A DNA stretch of 64,000 nucleotides from a virus (lineage: Duplodnaviria > Caudoviricetes), in IMG/VR virus record IMGVR_UViG_3300028591_000110, positions 32,001 through 96,000 of that record. The stretch is one strand, 5' to 3'. Below are positions 1-10,541 of this stretch, one piece after another; positions within the stretch are counted from its first letter, which is position 1; every line of letters starts with the position of its first letter. Under the pieces are notes generated by a model. The model was not told the DNA's origin. It made no database searches and saw nothing but the letters and a program-made list of their open reading frames with translations. Made by a program: the position numbers and the translations under genes.

Positions 1-985
1 AAAGCTGGACGCGGTTGCATGGGCGATTGAGTATGAGAACCAGATGATCGCGGAAAATGCCAACGCATACTTCACATATGAGATGCTGAACAAGAACAGG
101 ACGCTGAAAAAGGCTTTCTTCCCGCGCAAACCGCTGGAGCAAGCGTCCAAGTGGAAGGCGAGATCCGTCACGCAGAAGCAGCCCGGAGAGATCCGGATTG
201 TATCTTGCGATATCGCAACCGCCGGCGGCAACGACAACGATAACTCTGTGTTTTCCTGCATTCGGCTGCTGCCGGAAAGCAAGGAGTACAAGGCAACCGG
301 GAAAGACGGAGAACACATTGAGGTCAAGCAGGGATATCGACGGCAAGTCCAGTATATGGAGGCCAGAAACGGCGGAGAGACGTCAAAGCAGGCAATTCGA
401 ATCAAACAGTTGTTCAATGACTTTGACGCTGATTACTGCGTGCTTGATATTCAGAACGCCGGTCGTTCGATTTACGACGCGCTGGCAAAGGTTTTGTATG
501 ACGAGGAGCGCAATTGCGAATATGTGCCATGGAAGGCCATGAACAATGACGACATGGCGGGGCGTATTGTTGTGTCCGGTCAGATCCCGGTTATTTTTAC
601 GGTGTCCGCAACCGGCGCCATGAACAGTGATATTGCCGTGGCGATGAGAAAGACGCTGGAGGACGGCATGATTGATCTGCTTGTGAATCATCAGGAGGGC
701 GTCGAATACATTCAGCAGCTCATCCCGGAATACGCAACGGCAGATCCGGAGGATCAGCTATTCTATGAGCGTCCGTATCTGGAAACGGTTGCTCTGATCA
801 ATGAGATGATCTCCCTTGAATACTCCGTGTCTGCACAGACCGGATATATCAAGGTGGAGGAAAAGGGCAAGAAGCGAAAAGACCGATATACTTCCGTGGC
901 TTACGGAAATTATTTTGCATCGATGCTGGAGCAGGATCTTCTGTCTGACAGCTCGGAATATGAATATCTAACGATTATTGATTAA
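1..985 (+). CDS. terL: Terminase large subunit, C-terminal nuclease part (5' truncated by window edge)
   Basis: RNase-H-like motifs IVSCDIA..G.DND and KRKDRYTS..Y; directly upstream of the portal; frame open from the window start. Confidence 0.85.
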   Translation, partial: KLDAVAWAIEYENQMIAENANAYFTYEMLNKNRTLKKAFFPRKPLEQASKWKARSVTQKQPGEIRIVSCDIATAGGNDNDNSVFSCIRLLPESKEYKATGKDGEHIEVKQGYRRQVQYMEARNGGETSKQAIRIKQLFNDFDADYCVLDIQNAGRSIYDALAKVLYDEERNCEYVPWKAMNNDDMAGRIVVSGQIPVIFTVSATGAMNSDIAVAMRKTLEDGMIDLLVNHQEGVEYIQQLIPEYATADPEDQLFYERPYLETVALINEMISLEYSVSAQTGYIKVEEKGKKRKDRYTSVAYGNYFASMLEQDLLSDSSEYEYLTIID

Positions 986-998
986 GGAGGTGAGGCGA

Positions 999-2681
999 TT
1001 GGCAACAGAATCACGGTTCCGCTTGTGGGGGAGCCGAGAGCAGACGCACGACGAAAAGCGAGCCGACATTGGCGACAAAGAGAAGGTCGCAGAAAGCAAT
1101 TCGGATGCGGGTGAGCAGAATGCGTGGAATGTACCGACGCCATCCTTTGTGAATCTATTCAATGAAGACGCACTGAAAGGTGCGCCTTTTTCTGTACACA
1201 GGCTGTCTGAGATGGCGAGGAGTCCGATGCGAAACATCAGAGATCTCCGGCGTTGGGCGCGTTGGGCATACAACGCGAACGGAACGGTGTCCACTGCGGT
1301 GGACGCACTGACCTACATCTATTCTCTGGATCATTTTGTCGTGGCGAAACCGAAACGCCGCAATGCGGACAAGTCTGTGCGCAATGAGAAAATTGCGCAA
1401 ATGAATAAGGCGCTTTCCGGCATGCGGGTCAAAGAAGTGATTCGCGACGCGCTGTTTTATGACATGCGCGACGGCATGTACGTCGGGTACTTTGAGACGC
1501 GCAATGCGCAGGCTTCCAGCAAAAAGGCTTTCACGGACTATGATCTGGATTTCTATACAGAGATCAATGACCGCAGCGAACATGCAACCGTTATTTCGCT
1601 CCCAATCGACTATGTAAGAATCGTCGGGAGACGCAACAGTTGTTATGAGGCCGCATTTGACTTGAGATACTTTGAGGCCATGACGGATGATCAGCGGGGC
1701 AGAACGCTCAAGGGTATGCCGAGGCAAATTCAGGAAGGCTGGGAGAAGTACAGTAAGGGTGACTTCAAAAACGGAGAATGCTGGATTCTCCTGGATTGGC
1801 GAAAAACCATTATCCACAAAATCAAGAGCGGAAGCAGAGATCCCTTTGGTGTGCCGTTTGTGATTGCGGCGCTCGACGACATTGAATACGCAAAGTATTT
1901 CACAAATACCAAGCGAAACGTGCTGGACAGCGTAAACAACCAGATCTACTACGAGACGTTCCCGGAGGGCAAGGAAAAGGGCACTTCCGCGCTGACGCAA
2001 AAGCAGCAAAAGGAGCAGCACGAAAACGTGAAGTCTGCGCTGACGACGCGGAAGAACAAGAACGGCGTATCGTTCTTCAGCTTAGCTGCCGGAACGAAAA
2101 TGGATCGCCTGCCGGTCGATATCTCTCTTCTTGACGAGGATAACGAAAATGCGATCAAGGAAAACGTGAACAAGGGCATTGGCGTTTCTGCTGCGGTGCT
2201 GAACGGCAGCGCATCCGGAACCTATGCAACCGCAGCGCTGAATCTGCAATTGGTTGCATCGGACGTCTATGCGTGGATTGAGGCACTGACGGAGGAAATC
2301 AACAAGTGCGTCAACCTGAATCTGATCAAGAGCGCGGATTACAGAGTGAACATGTGTATGCTTCCGACATTTTTTGTGAACAGAGCTGAATTTGTGAAGC
2401 AGTTCGCAGATCTTTATGCGAGAGGCAAGGGCAGTCTGATCGCGTGGATTGCAGCTACCGGCGTAAACGCCGATGACTATATTACACTTATGGACTACGA
2501 GCTTGATGAAGACTTTGAGAACAAGTATCCGGTACATAAGACGAGTTTCACTGTAACGGGTAAGGACGCACCGGAACACGAGGATGTTGATGATAACAAC
2601 GGCGGCTTGGAATCCAATCCAAGCACTGAATCGACGGTAGCGAACAACGGGAATGCAAGCCCGGCCCCATCTGACAATTGA
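999..2681 (+). CDS. Portal protein
   Basis: ~560 aa gene after terL; TTG start at 999 with RBS AAGGAGGTG; acidic low-complexity C-terminus. Confidence 0.75.
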   Translation: MATESRFRLWGSREQTHDEKRADIGDKEKVAESNSDAGEQNAWNVPTPSFVNLFNEDALKGAPFSVHRLSEMARSPMRNIRDLRRWARWAYNANGTVSTAVDALTYIYSLDHFVVAKPKRRNADKSVRNEKIAQMNKALSGMRVKEVIRDALFYDMRDGMYVGYFETRNAQASSKKAFTDYDLDFYTEINDRSEHATVISLPIDYVRIVGRRNSCYEAAFDLRYFEAMTDDQRGRTLKGMPRQIQEGWEKYSKGDFKNGECWILLDWRKTIIHKIKSGSRDPFGVPFVIAALDDIEYAKYFTNTKRNVLDSVNNQIYYETFPEGKEKGTSALTQKQQKEQHENVKSALTTRKNKNGVSFFSLAAGTKMDRLPVDISLLDEDNENAIKENVNKGIGVSAAVLNGSASGTYATAALNLQLVASDVYAWIEALTEEINKCVNLNLIKSADYRVNMCMLPTFFVNRAEFVKQFADLYARGKGSLIAWIAATGVNADDYITLMDYELDEDFENKYPVHKTSFTVTGKDAPEHEDVDDNNGGLESNPSTESTVANNGNASPAPSDN

Positions 2682-2699
2682 AATAGGAGGTGAATCAGT

Positions 2700-3851
2700 T
2701 TGAACAAGAATGCAAATGGATACTTTCCTATTTACGAAATTGCGGCAGAGTCCGCAGTCAATGGGCGGAGACATATCAAGGTGATTCTGCACGAGATTCA
2801 CGCAGATGAAACTCACTACCAGAAAAACGGCATCTCCTGGAACGAGGAGTATACAAGGGCAAATCTGCACACGGTTGAGGGAATGTCGATCGTGGCGGAG
2901 TTTGTAGACGATGAAAGAACCATGCCTTACGGGCATGGTCTTACTTCTATTCGGGACAATCTGCCTTTGTTTGAAGACGCAACGGTGGTCGGCCATTTCG
3001 ACAAGGCGTACATCGATGACGTTGAGCTTGGCGGTGAGAAAAAGCGTGTGCTTGTAGCGGAAGGCACGTTAGATGAGATGCGTTACCCGAATTTTGTACA
3101 GTGGATTCAAGAACAAAAAGAGAAACGAGCTGTAGAAGGGTCTGTAGAGATTGTCGGCAAAAAGGATCACGAAGGCGTGATTGTGTACAAGGACGGCTGG
3201 AAAGAGACCGGACGTGTGCCGATGCTCTATGACTACAGCGGATACGCAATCCTGAACGTCGCACCGGCAGACGCCGCTGCGGTTGTGATGGAGCTGAACA
3301 ACAAGCATGGAATGCCGAAGGAGGAAGAGTATATGGATGAGAAGCAATTGGAGGCTCTGAAAGAGGCTTTGACTCAGACCGTGACTGAGACCAATTCCAA
3401 AAATGCGGAATATGAGACTCAGATCGCAGAGCTGAACGCAAAGATCGAGCAGCTTCAGAACGATGTTGCTGCAAAGGACGCAGAGATCGCAGAGCTGAAC
3501 AGCGCTGTTGAGACGGCAAAGAACGAGTCCGCCGAGAAGGACAGCAAGATCAGCGAAGTCAATGCCGAGCTGGACAAGGTTCGGAATGAAAAGGCAATTA
3601 GCGAGCTGAACGCCGCGCTCGAAGGCTACACCGACGAGCAGAAGGCGATTGCCGCTGATGACATTAAGGCTTTCAACGAGAATCCGGGCAGCGTGGAGAT
3701 CAACAGCATTGTTGGCAAGATCTGCACCGAGATCGTGAAGAAGGCCAAGGAGGCCGCTGCTGGCGAACCCACTCAGGTGGACGTTTTTGGCATGGTCGAG
3801 ATCAACGAGGAAGAGCCCAAAGAGGGCGAAGACCCCGTTGAAGTATTTTGA
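2700..3851 (+). CDS. Prohead protease/scaffold fusion
   Basis: N-terminal globular domain (PYGHG, GSVEI) plus C-terminal coiled coil; in-frame internal RBS+ATG at 3333; lies between portal and capsid. Confidence 0.7.
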   Translation: MNKNANGYFPIYEIAAESAVNGRRHIKVILHEIHADETHYQKNGISWNEEYTRANLHTVEGMSIVAEFVDDERTMPYGHGLTSIRDNLPLFEDATVVGHFDKAYIDDVELGGEKKRVLVAEGTLDEMRYPNFVQWIQEQKEKRAVEGSVEIVGKKDHEGVIVYKDGWKETGRVPMLYDYSGYAILNVAPADAAAVVMELNNKHGMPKEEEYMDEKQLEALKEALTQTVTETNSKNAEYETQIAELNAKIEQLQNDVAAKDAEIAELNSAVETAKNESAEKDSKISEVNAELDKVRNEKAISELNAALEGYTDEQKAIAADDIKAFNENPGSVEINSIVGKICTEIVKKAKEAAAGEPTQVDVFGMVEINEEEPKEGEDPVEVF

Positions 3852-3860
3852 TAAGGGAGA

Positions 3861-4352
3861 GTGAAAAAGATGAAGGGTAAGACACTTGGATACATCAAGG
3901 GCGTACAGAACGTCCCTTACTGCAAGGCTGATGCTGACCTGAAGGTCGGTATGGGCGTCATTCTGGATCGCGTGAACAAGCTGGCAAAGCTGCCTGACAG
4001 CGCCGACGAGGCAAAGGCCTGCCACTACATCGTGAGCAACATCAACGACAAGCCGGAGCTTCACAACTTCAGCGAGACGCTGGATGTGAAGGAAGGCGAA
4101 TATGTCCGCGCAGACGATCTGACTTCCGTTGCAAACCTTGAGATGGAGTTTGCCGATTATGAAATCGACGACGATGTTGATGATCTCGCAGTCGGTGACG
4201 TTCTCGGCTTTGGCACTTCCGGTCTGCTTGAGAAGCTGGAGGCCGCTAAGGAAGGCGACGATCCCGCAGAGGGCTACAAGGTTTCCTTTGAGGTGATCCG
4301 CAAGACCGGCTACATGGGCAAGGGCGTTGACGTTCTCGTCCATGCGGACTAA
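3861..4352 (+). CDS. Putative head decoration/cement protein
   Basis: 163 aa, between scaffold and major capsid, highly expressed-type codon usage. Confidence 0.5.
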   Translation: MKKMKGKTLGYIKGVQNVPYCKADADLKVGMGVILDRVNKLAKLPDSADEAKACHYIVSNINDKPELHNFSETLDVKEGEYVRADDLTSVANLEMEFADYEIDDDVDDLAVGDVLGFGTSGLLEKLEAAKEGDDPAEGYKVSFEVIRKTGYMGKGVDVLVHAD

Positions 4353-4379
4353 TGAGAGAAATAGAGGAGGGAGAAGAAG

Positions 4380-5486
4380 ATGAACAACATCTATGAAATC
4401 AACATGCTGAATGCTCAGCGTGACGTAGATACAGGTCGGGTAAAGCAGGAGTCTCCTGTTGTCGAGGTTTTCTCTGCCCTGACCTCCGGTGTTGCGCCCA
4501 AGGTGGACGCAAAGACCAAAGACGCCGCTGTCAAGACCCTAAAGGATCTTGGCGCCAAGGCGCACGAGGGCGACAAGGAAGCCCGCAGCGAGGTAAACTC
4601 TATCGTTCGCTTCGCGATTCAGCCCAAGCTGCTCAAGCAAATTGAGCTCTATCGTTTCCTCGGCAGCCACAAAAAGCTCGACTGGAACGAAGCTGCCTAC
4701 ATGAAGACCTACAACTACGAAAGCATTGACTCTCGCTTCCAGGCCAGCAGCGGCGACGTGCCGTTTGGCTTTGTGAATTGGCGCGAGTATCCCATTGCAA
4801 CCCAGACCATTTCCGGCGGCATTGCAGTGGACTACCGCGAGATTGCAACCGGCAACTTTGACGGCAATCTTGCAGAGGCTATGAATCAGGTCAAGATTGA
4901 CATGCAGAACAAGATCGGCTACTACACGATCAATACGCTCTACAATGCAATCAAGTATGCAAAGGGCGTCAAGCACTTCTCTGAGGCTGCCGGCGTGTCC
5001 AAGCTGGCGGTGGACGACATGCTGAAGGTTATGCGTCGTTACGGCAAGGTCAACATCTGCGGCGACTACTCTGTGGTTTCTCAGATCAATGAGTTTGAGG
5101 GCTTCAAGACGATTGGCGCTGTTACCATTCCGTTCGGCGACGCCACTGTTGCTGAGGAAATTCGCAAGACCGGCCTCGTGAACTGGTATAACGGAGCATT
5201 CGTGACCGAGCTTCAGAACCAGATCAACTTTACGAAGCTCAATGCAACCGGCGACGATTACGAGCTTTATATGCCGCAAGGTCTGCTGTTCTTCCTGCCG
5301 GAAGGCGCAGTATCCCCGGTGCAGAGCTTTGTGCGCGGAAACCTCACCACGATGAGCGGCGACGACATCGTGACCCGTCAGCACATGATCCGTCTCGACC
5401 TCGAATTTGGCGTCGGCGTCGCAGAGGGTATGGAGCATCAGATCGGCCTGATCTCCGACAGCAACTACGATCTTCCCACCGTTTAA
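4380..5486 (+). CDS. Major capsid protein
   Basis: 368 aa, strong RBS, biased codons, position in head module, followed by a hairpin. Confidence 0.75.
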   Translation: MNNIYEINMLNAQRDVDTGRVKQESPVVEVFSALTSGVAPKVDAKTKDAAVKTLKDLGAKAHEGDKEARSEVNSIVRFAIQPKLLKQIELYRFLGSHKKLDWNEAAYMKTYNYESIDSRFQASSGDVPFGFVNWREYPIATQTISGGIAVDYREIATGNFDGNLAEAMNQVKIDMQNKIGYYTINTLYNAIKYAKGVKHFSEAAGVSKLAVDDMLKVMRRYGKVNICGDYSVVSQINEFEGFKTIGAVTIPFGDATVAEEIRKTGLVNWYNGAFVTELQNQINFTKLNATGDDYELYMPQGLLFFLPEGAVSPVQSFVRGNLTTMSGDDIVTRQHMIRLDLEFGVGVAEGMEHQIGLISDSNYDLPTV

Positions 5487-5507
5487 TCGGCGGGCTTTTT
5501 CTATTTC

Positions 5508-5535
5508 AGGGAGCGGATAACACCGCTCCCTAATT
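5508..5535 (+). terminator. Hairpin after capsid gene (putative terminator)
   Basis: AGGGAGCGG-ataaca-CCGCTCCCT inverted repeat. Confidence 0.5.
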
Positions 5536-5560
5536 TCAACTAAAAGGAGTCTTTTATTTT

Positions 5561-6019
5561 ATGGCGAACAACAATGTGAAGCTGAACAATTTGTGTGCAT
5601 GGCCTCTGTACTTCAACCGCGCAAGCGGCATGGGTTCCGTAAAGGTTCCTGCGAGTGCGAAGGGATATTCTATGCTGGATTTTGACGAGGTTCGGGCGCA
5701 GATTCAGCTTAACAACAAGTTTTTTGTTGGTGAGGACGGCATGGGCAACCATGCGCGGCTGCAGATTGTGGACGAAAAACAGCGCAATGAGCTGTTTGGA
5801 CTGGCAGAGGATGAGGTGGACGAGCCTGTGCTGCTTAATGACGAGAGCATCCGCGCACTGCTGGCGATCAAGTCCAAAGCCAAGTTTAACGACAAGCTGA
5901 ACAGTCTCGTGAAGACGAGCGCCGAGAAGAAAATGCTGGTACAGCTCGCATTTGCTGCCGGCGCGGAAGAGTGCGAAGCGTGGAAGGTTGACGCTCTTCG
6001 AGCAATGGCGGACGCCTGA
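5561..6019 (+). CDS. Hypothetical virion-module protein
   Basis: RBS AAGGAG, 152 aa ORF in operon. Confidence 0.6.
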   Translation: MANNNVKLNNLCAWPLYFNRASGMGSVKVPASAKGYSMLDFDEVRAQIQLNNKFFVGEDGMGNHARLQIVDEKQRNELFGLAEDEVDEPVLLNDESIRALLAIKSKAKFNDKLNSLVKTSAEKKMLVQLAFAAGAEECEAWKVDALRAMADA

Positions 6020-6043
6020 TAAATGATAAAGGAGGCGTGGTAA

Positions 6044-6436
6044 ATGGCTACGCAATTTCAGGAAATTCAGACCCGATTCCATTCCATGCCCCGAACAAAA
6101 TATGAAATTCCGGAGGCGCTGGAGGCGGAGTGGCTGAAAACCGCTGTTGCAGATTATGAGCTCAGCATTGGGTGCAATTTGGATTATGACGAGGACAATC
6201 AGGCGTTTTATGACACGCTTGATAATCAGGTCATCAGAACGCTTGCGCAAATGATGTATGTTTCCTATCTGCAAAGAGAGCTGAGCAGGGTAATGGCCTT
6301 GAATGGGATCTACGGAAAGGACATTCAGATTACCGGGCAGGACGCCACCAAGCGCGTGACAAAACAGGAGCTGGACACTCAGATCGGTCTTGTGGAAACG
6401 CTGCTGCACAGACAGAAAAAGCACGCCTTTGAGTGA
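6044..6436 (+). CDS. Putative head-tail connector/adaptor
   Basis: 130 aa helical protein; position after capsid. Confidence 0.5.
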   Translation: MATQFQEIQTRFHSMPRTKYEIPEALEAEWLKTAVADYELSIGCNLDYDEDNQAFYDTLDNQVIRTLAQMMYVSYLQRELSRVMALNGIYGKDIQITGQDATKRVTKQELDTQIGLVETLLHRQKKHAFE

Positions 6437-6447
6437 GGTGATACCAG

Positions 6448-7494
6448 ATGTCGGAAGAATCTAAACAGTGGTATCTCATGGACAGGCCGCTTTTTAACAG
6501 CGGGGATGAGAGCGAGGAGTTTTACCGCTTTGCGCAGGATGGATTTCAGGAGGTCTTGGAGTCTTTCATCGCAAAGACGGTTCGCGTTTATGACAAGACG
6601 ATCCATAAAAAGCCAACCGAGATCCGCGCGATCATCCAGAATGTGACCGCTGACACGCACAGCGGAACTTACACCCGGCAGATTTTGTGCGAAATCGGGA
6701 ATCTGCATTGCGGTCAGTACATCGAGTGCGACGGCGTGATGTGGATGGTTGCGTCCATGCCGGACAACAACCAAGTCTACGAGAAGGCTGTGCTTTGGAA
6801 GTGCAAGCAGAGTATCCGGTTTATCTCTCCGCTGACGGGCGAAATGGTGGAGTATCCGGTTTACAGCATCAACAGCACGCAGTACGGCACGGGCGAGAGC
6901 ACGCGGCAGTATATCACAGTCGGAGACGCGCAGCATCTGATTTACATTCCGTACAACGAAGAAACCATCCTCATGGATGACAGAGCGCGGTTTTTGATCG
7001 ACCGCAACCCGGAGCGCGTGACGGCTTTCCGCATTACGCAGGTAGACACGATGTCTTATGCCGTCGGCGACGAGTTTGCTGACGATGGTTTACTGCAATG
7101 GACTGTGATCGAGACGCAGTACAACGCCGAGACAGACGACATGGAGCTGGAAATCGCGGATCTTCACAAGAAGGACGAGCCCGGTTCTGTCGCCGTTGAT
7201 ACGGACGGGAAGACCATCATTCTTCAGGATCAGGACGGAGACAGAATGATTGCGATCGGCGAATCCAAGACGATTCATGTGTCGGTCGGATGGAATGTGC
7301 AGGACGGCGACGCGCCTGCGATTGAAGCAGAAATGACAGACGGTGCGCAATATGTGCAGATCGAAGCGGTTGACGGTACGGATGTTACCATTCGCGCTGC
7401 AGATGATTTTTCTGCCGTTGGAAAAACCGCGAGAATTGCGGTGAGAGCCGGCGGCGCGGAGGCGCATATGACGCTGAAAATTGTCGGATGGTAA
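6448..7494 (+). CDS. Putative head-closure/neck protein
   Basis: 348 aa, beta-rich, position in neck module; C-terminus looks Ig-like. Confidence 0.45.
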   Translation: MSEESKQWYLMDRPLFNSGDESEEFYRFAQDGFQEVLESFIAKTVRVYDKTIHKKPTEIRAIIQNVTADTHSGTYTRQILCEIGNLHCGQYIECDGVMWMVASMPDNNQVYEKAVLWKCKQSIRFISPLTGEMVEYPVYSINSTQYGTGESTRQYITVGDAQHLIYIPYNEETILMDDRARFLIDRNPERVTAFRITQVDTMSYAVGDEFADDGLLQWTVIETQYNAETDDMELEIADLHKKDEPGSVAVDTDGKTIILQDQDGDRMIAIGESKTIHVSVGWNVQDGDAPAIEAEMTDGAQYVQIEAVDGTDVTIRAADDFSAVGKTARIAVRAGGAEAHMTLKIVGW

Positions 7495-7506
7495 GGAGGG
7501 GATGAT

Positions 7507-8004
7507 TTGACACATTTTCTTTCGATGACGCACGAGAAGCAAAAGCTTCGCAGAGCGCTTTTGAATAACCAAAAGGTTGTAAATCTCCTCGTAAACACCG
7601 GCGACAATGAAGAGAGCTTTTCCAACGTCCCGATCGGCAGCAAGAGTCCGGCGTCAGAGCTTGTCAAGGCGCACTTCTATGTTCCAGGCACAGAACAGGA
7701 GGGGCGCAATTATATCACGATGCGCAATCGCGTTGTGTACTCTGCGTCCACTCACATTAAACAAGTGCAGCTTGTTGTATATATCATCTGCAATGAAGAT
7801 CAGATTGACATGCTGCAGGGATCTCGTGCAGATCTGATCGCAGACGAGCTAGATCAAATTTTGAATAACTTCCAAGATCCCCTGTTTGGGCTTGGAGGCA
7901 TTGATATATCCAGCGCAGAAGAGGTTCAGTTTAACAACGGGTACTCAGGCTGGGAGATCGCATACGCGACATTTGAGCGAAACCGGAGGCCGGAGATTTC
8001 ATGA
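7507..8004 (+). CDS. Putative tail terminator/completion protein
   Basis: 165 aa with R.DLIADELD.IL motif; upstream of tail tube gene. Confidence 0.45.
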   Translation: MTHFLSMTHEKQKLRRALLNNQKVVNLLVNTGDNEESFSNVPIGSKSPASELVKAHFYVPGTEQEGRNYITMRNRVVYSASTHIKQVQLVVYIICNEDQIDMLQGSRADLIADELDQILNNFQDPLFGLGGIDISSAEEVQFNNGYSGWEIAYATFERNRRPEIS

Positions 8005-8714
8005 CTGATACCCTGAAGGCGTTTCGAGGAGCGCCGTATCAAATCAGCGAAGGCGTGGTTGTGCATCAGCCGACGCTGGATCAGATTGCGGAATATGGCG
8101 AGCAGAAGTATTTCAATTTGATCTACTTTTTGTGCGCAACACCTGCGGACAGAAAAGTGGAGCTTTGGGATACTCTTCATATTTTTTGGGAGGAAATGGA
8201 CGAGTATCAATTGTTTGTTTCATCTCTTGGCGCTTTTACGCAAGACGATACAAAGATTATTCTTCCGGATTTGGATCTCGCATCCTTCTCTATTTACATC
8301 GCTCCGGACAGCGGAGATATCATTCTGCGGAATAAAGAGGGGGTTACGCTGGATCGAAAAGGTTATCTGGATCTCACAGACTATCTGCGAAGCGTTCATC
8401 TGATGACGAAGAACGTAGACATCGGAGCGGACAACACCACTCGAAAAGTGATGATTGATGTGTCTCGCTCTGACCAGGAGGCGGCGGCGAGGAAGCAGTA
8501 TGAATCTGTCATTATCCCGTTTGCTTCCGTTATGATGATGCAACAGCCGTTGAATCAGATTTTTGAGCTGCCTATCGGAGCATTTATGCACGGAATGGGC
8601 AGGGCATTGAAGGTCAAGGACTATGACCACATGATGCAGGGAATCTACAGTGGCTGCATTGATATTAAGAAAATAAATAAAAAGGATCTGAACTGGTTAG
8701 GGAAGCTGAAATAA
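8001..8714 (+). CDS. Hypothetical tail-module protein
   Basis: ATGA-coupled ORF of 237 aa. Confidence 0.55.
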   Translation: MTDTLKAFRGAPYQISEGVVVHQPTLDQIAEYGEQKYFNLIYFLCATPADRKVELWDTLHIFWEEMDEYQLFVSSLGAFTQDDTKIILPDLDLASFSIYIAPDSGDIILRNKEGVTLDRKGYLDLTDYLRSVHLMTKNVDIGADNTTRKVMIDVSRSDQEAAARKQYESVIIPFASVMMMQQPLNQIFELPIGAFMHGMGRALKVKDYDHMMQGIYSGCIDIKKINKKDLNWLGKLK

Positions 8715-8755
8715 GCTTCTCTTTTTGTTTGGAGAAAGAAAGGAATGAAAGCAAT

Positions 8756-9562
8756 ATGAAGCAAGTTGATTATCTGATTGACCGTGCGTTGAGCCTGAGC
8801 CGAATCGATTTGACTTCCGGTGATCTGACGTGGGTTGCAAAGAATATCGAAAACCCTCAGCTTGAGTTCACCGGAGAGACCACGGAGAAGAGAGACGCAC
8901 AGGGCACTCTGATTGCGCAGTTCGACACCGCGAAGGGCGCTACGCTGTCCGGCGAGCTGTCTCTGCTCAATATGATGGTGCTGGCCTCTCAGCTCGGTAC
9001 TGAGGTACAGTTTGGCGCTCAGAATGCCGCTATCGAGGTTGACTATGTTGACGAGATGGTCGCAGAAAAGGGTGAGAACGAGACTCAGTTTAAGTGCAAG
9101 ACCAAGTATAAGCCCAAGACTTCTCCTACCGCTATCTATGCACTGAATGCGGACGGCAGCATGGGAACCAAGTACACGATCGCCACCGGCGAGAATGTTG
9201 CTACTTACGCAGCGGGAACCGGAGACGACGCCGGCATCGGCATCATCACGCTCCCCGCTTCGGTTACTACCGGCGGCAAGTTTGTCGTGGCGTATAAGTA
9301 TGACAGCGAAACGGCTGTTATGGTCGAAGACAACGCTGAGGAGTTCGCGGTTCCTGCAAAGTACGTCCTGAAGATTCTGGGCGCAGACGTTTGCAACCCC
9401 GCTCTCAAGCGTTCCGGCGCAATCGTCTTCCCGAAGGCAAAGCTGGACAACAACTTCAGCCTGAACCTGACCACGGACGGCACGCATCCGTTCAGCCTGA
9501 CTGCTCTGAAGGATTACTGCGACGAAGCCGGCAAACTGTGCTACGTCGTCTGGGATGAATAA
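8756..9562 (+). CDS. Major tail (tube) protein
   Basis: ~270 aa, high-expression codon bias, beta-rich, tail-tube-like C-terminus (IVFPKAKL..NFSLNL); ATG at 8756 preferred over TTG at 8729. Confidence 0.65.
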   Translation: MKQVDYLIDRALSLSRIDLTSGDLTWVAKNIENPQLEFTGETTEKRDAQGTLIAQFDTAKGATLSGELSLLNMMVLASQLGTEVQFGAQNAAIEVDYVDEMVAEKGENETQFKCKTKYKPKTSPTAIYALNADGSMGTKYTIATGENVATYAAGTGDDAGIGIITLPASVTTGGKFVVAYKYDSETAVMVEDNAEEFAVPAKYVLKILGADVCNPALKRSGAIVFPKAKLDNNFSLNLTTDGTHPFSLTALKDYCDEAGKLCYVVWDE

Positions 9563-9567
9563 TCTCT

Positions 9568-9945
9568 GTGAGTGATCAGAAAAAAATGCTTCGCTGCAAG
9601 GTGTGTGGCGCTGAATATGAAAGCTGCTATTCCTGTGAAAAGGATCGCGGCTGGCGCATGCACACCGACACGGCAGAGCATTATCAAATTCTTTGCGCCC
9701 TGATGGAGTATCAAACCTACAAGGATGCAAAGAGCGCGTATCGTGCGCTGAGAAAACTCGGCGTCGATATGCAAAATACAGACGGGTACGTTGAAAGCGT
9801 ATCCGGATTGCTCCGCGAAATTGCCGGAGTACGGCGTGAAAACAGTAACGTCGAAGGCGGCAGCGACGCTGAGCCTGAAAAGGCTCAGCGCAAAGCTGCT
9901 GGAAAGCGTGCAGAGGCATTTGCCAAGAGCAGAAAGGATAACTGA
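9568..9945 (+). CDS. Small Zn-binding protein
   Basis: CKVC...CYSC motif. Confidence 0.5.
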   Translation: MSDQKKMLRCKVCGAEYESCYSCEKDRGWRMHTDTAEHYQILCALMEYQTYKDAKSAYRALRKLGVDMQNTDGYVESVSGLLREIAGVRRENSNVEGGSDAEPEKAQRKAAGKRAEAFAKSRKDN

Positions 9946-9946
9946 T

Positions 9947-9974
9947 AAGGAGGGCTGAACGCCCTCCTTTTTTC
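9947..9974 (+). terminator. Rho-independent terminator
   Basis: AAGGAGGGC-tgaac-GCCCTCCTT followed by a T-run. Confidence 0.75.
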
Positions 9975-9990
9975 AGTCGTGTGAAAAACT

Positions 9991-10524
9991 ATGAAAATTA
10001 TATCTGTTGACCAGGCGAGACATGGCGCGTGGGCGCTGTTTGACTATGAGTCAAAGACGCTGCTGGATCACGGCACATTTGATTTTGACAACAGAAACTA
10101 CCGCTTTGAGGAGGCGGTTATGAAGATCGAGGCTTTGATCGATGAGGTGATAAACATCCACGGGGCTGACGCGGTTTTCTTTGAGGATATTCAGCTTCGG
10201 AGAAATCCGAGCTCTTTCAAAAAGCTGGCGCAGTTACAGGGTGTACTCGTGAATCTTTGCGAGAAGAACGAATACCTATATGGGTTAATCTCCCCATCAC
10301 AATGGCAGGAATACTGCAAGGCGAGAGGCAGGACTGCCAAGGAGCAGGACAGCGGCGCGAAGGAAGTGACTACAAAATCCGGAAAGCCCGCATCAAAAGT
10401 GCTGTCGATTCAATATGTAAAGGAGCACTTTGGAATCGACACGGAGAACGACAACCTGGCAGACGCGATCTGCATGGGATATTACGCAGCGAATAATATT
10501 CGCATCAGAAAAACCAATACATAA
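9991..10524 (+). CDS. RuvC-like Holliday junction resolvase
   Basis: IISVDQ, VFFEDI and DNLADAI catalytic motifs. Confidence 0.8.
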   Translation: MKIISVDQARHGAWALFDYESKTLLDHGTFDFDNRNYRFEEAVMKIEALIDEVINIHGADAVFFEDIQLRRNPSSFKKLAQLQGVLVNLCEKNEYLYGLISPSQWQEYCKARGRTAKEQDSGAKEVTTKSGKPASKVLSIQYVKEHFGIDTENDNLADAICMGYYAANNIRIRKTNT

Positions 10525-10541
10525 GAGAATGGAGAACCGCA

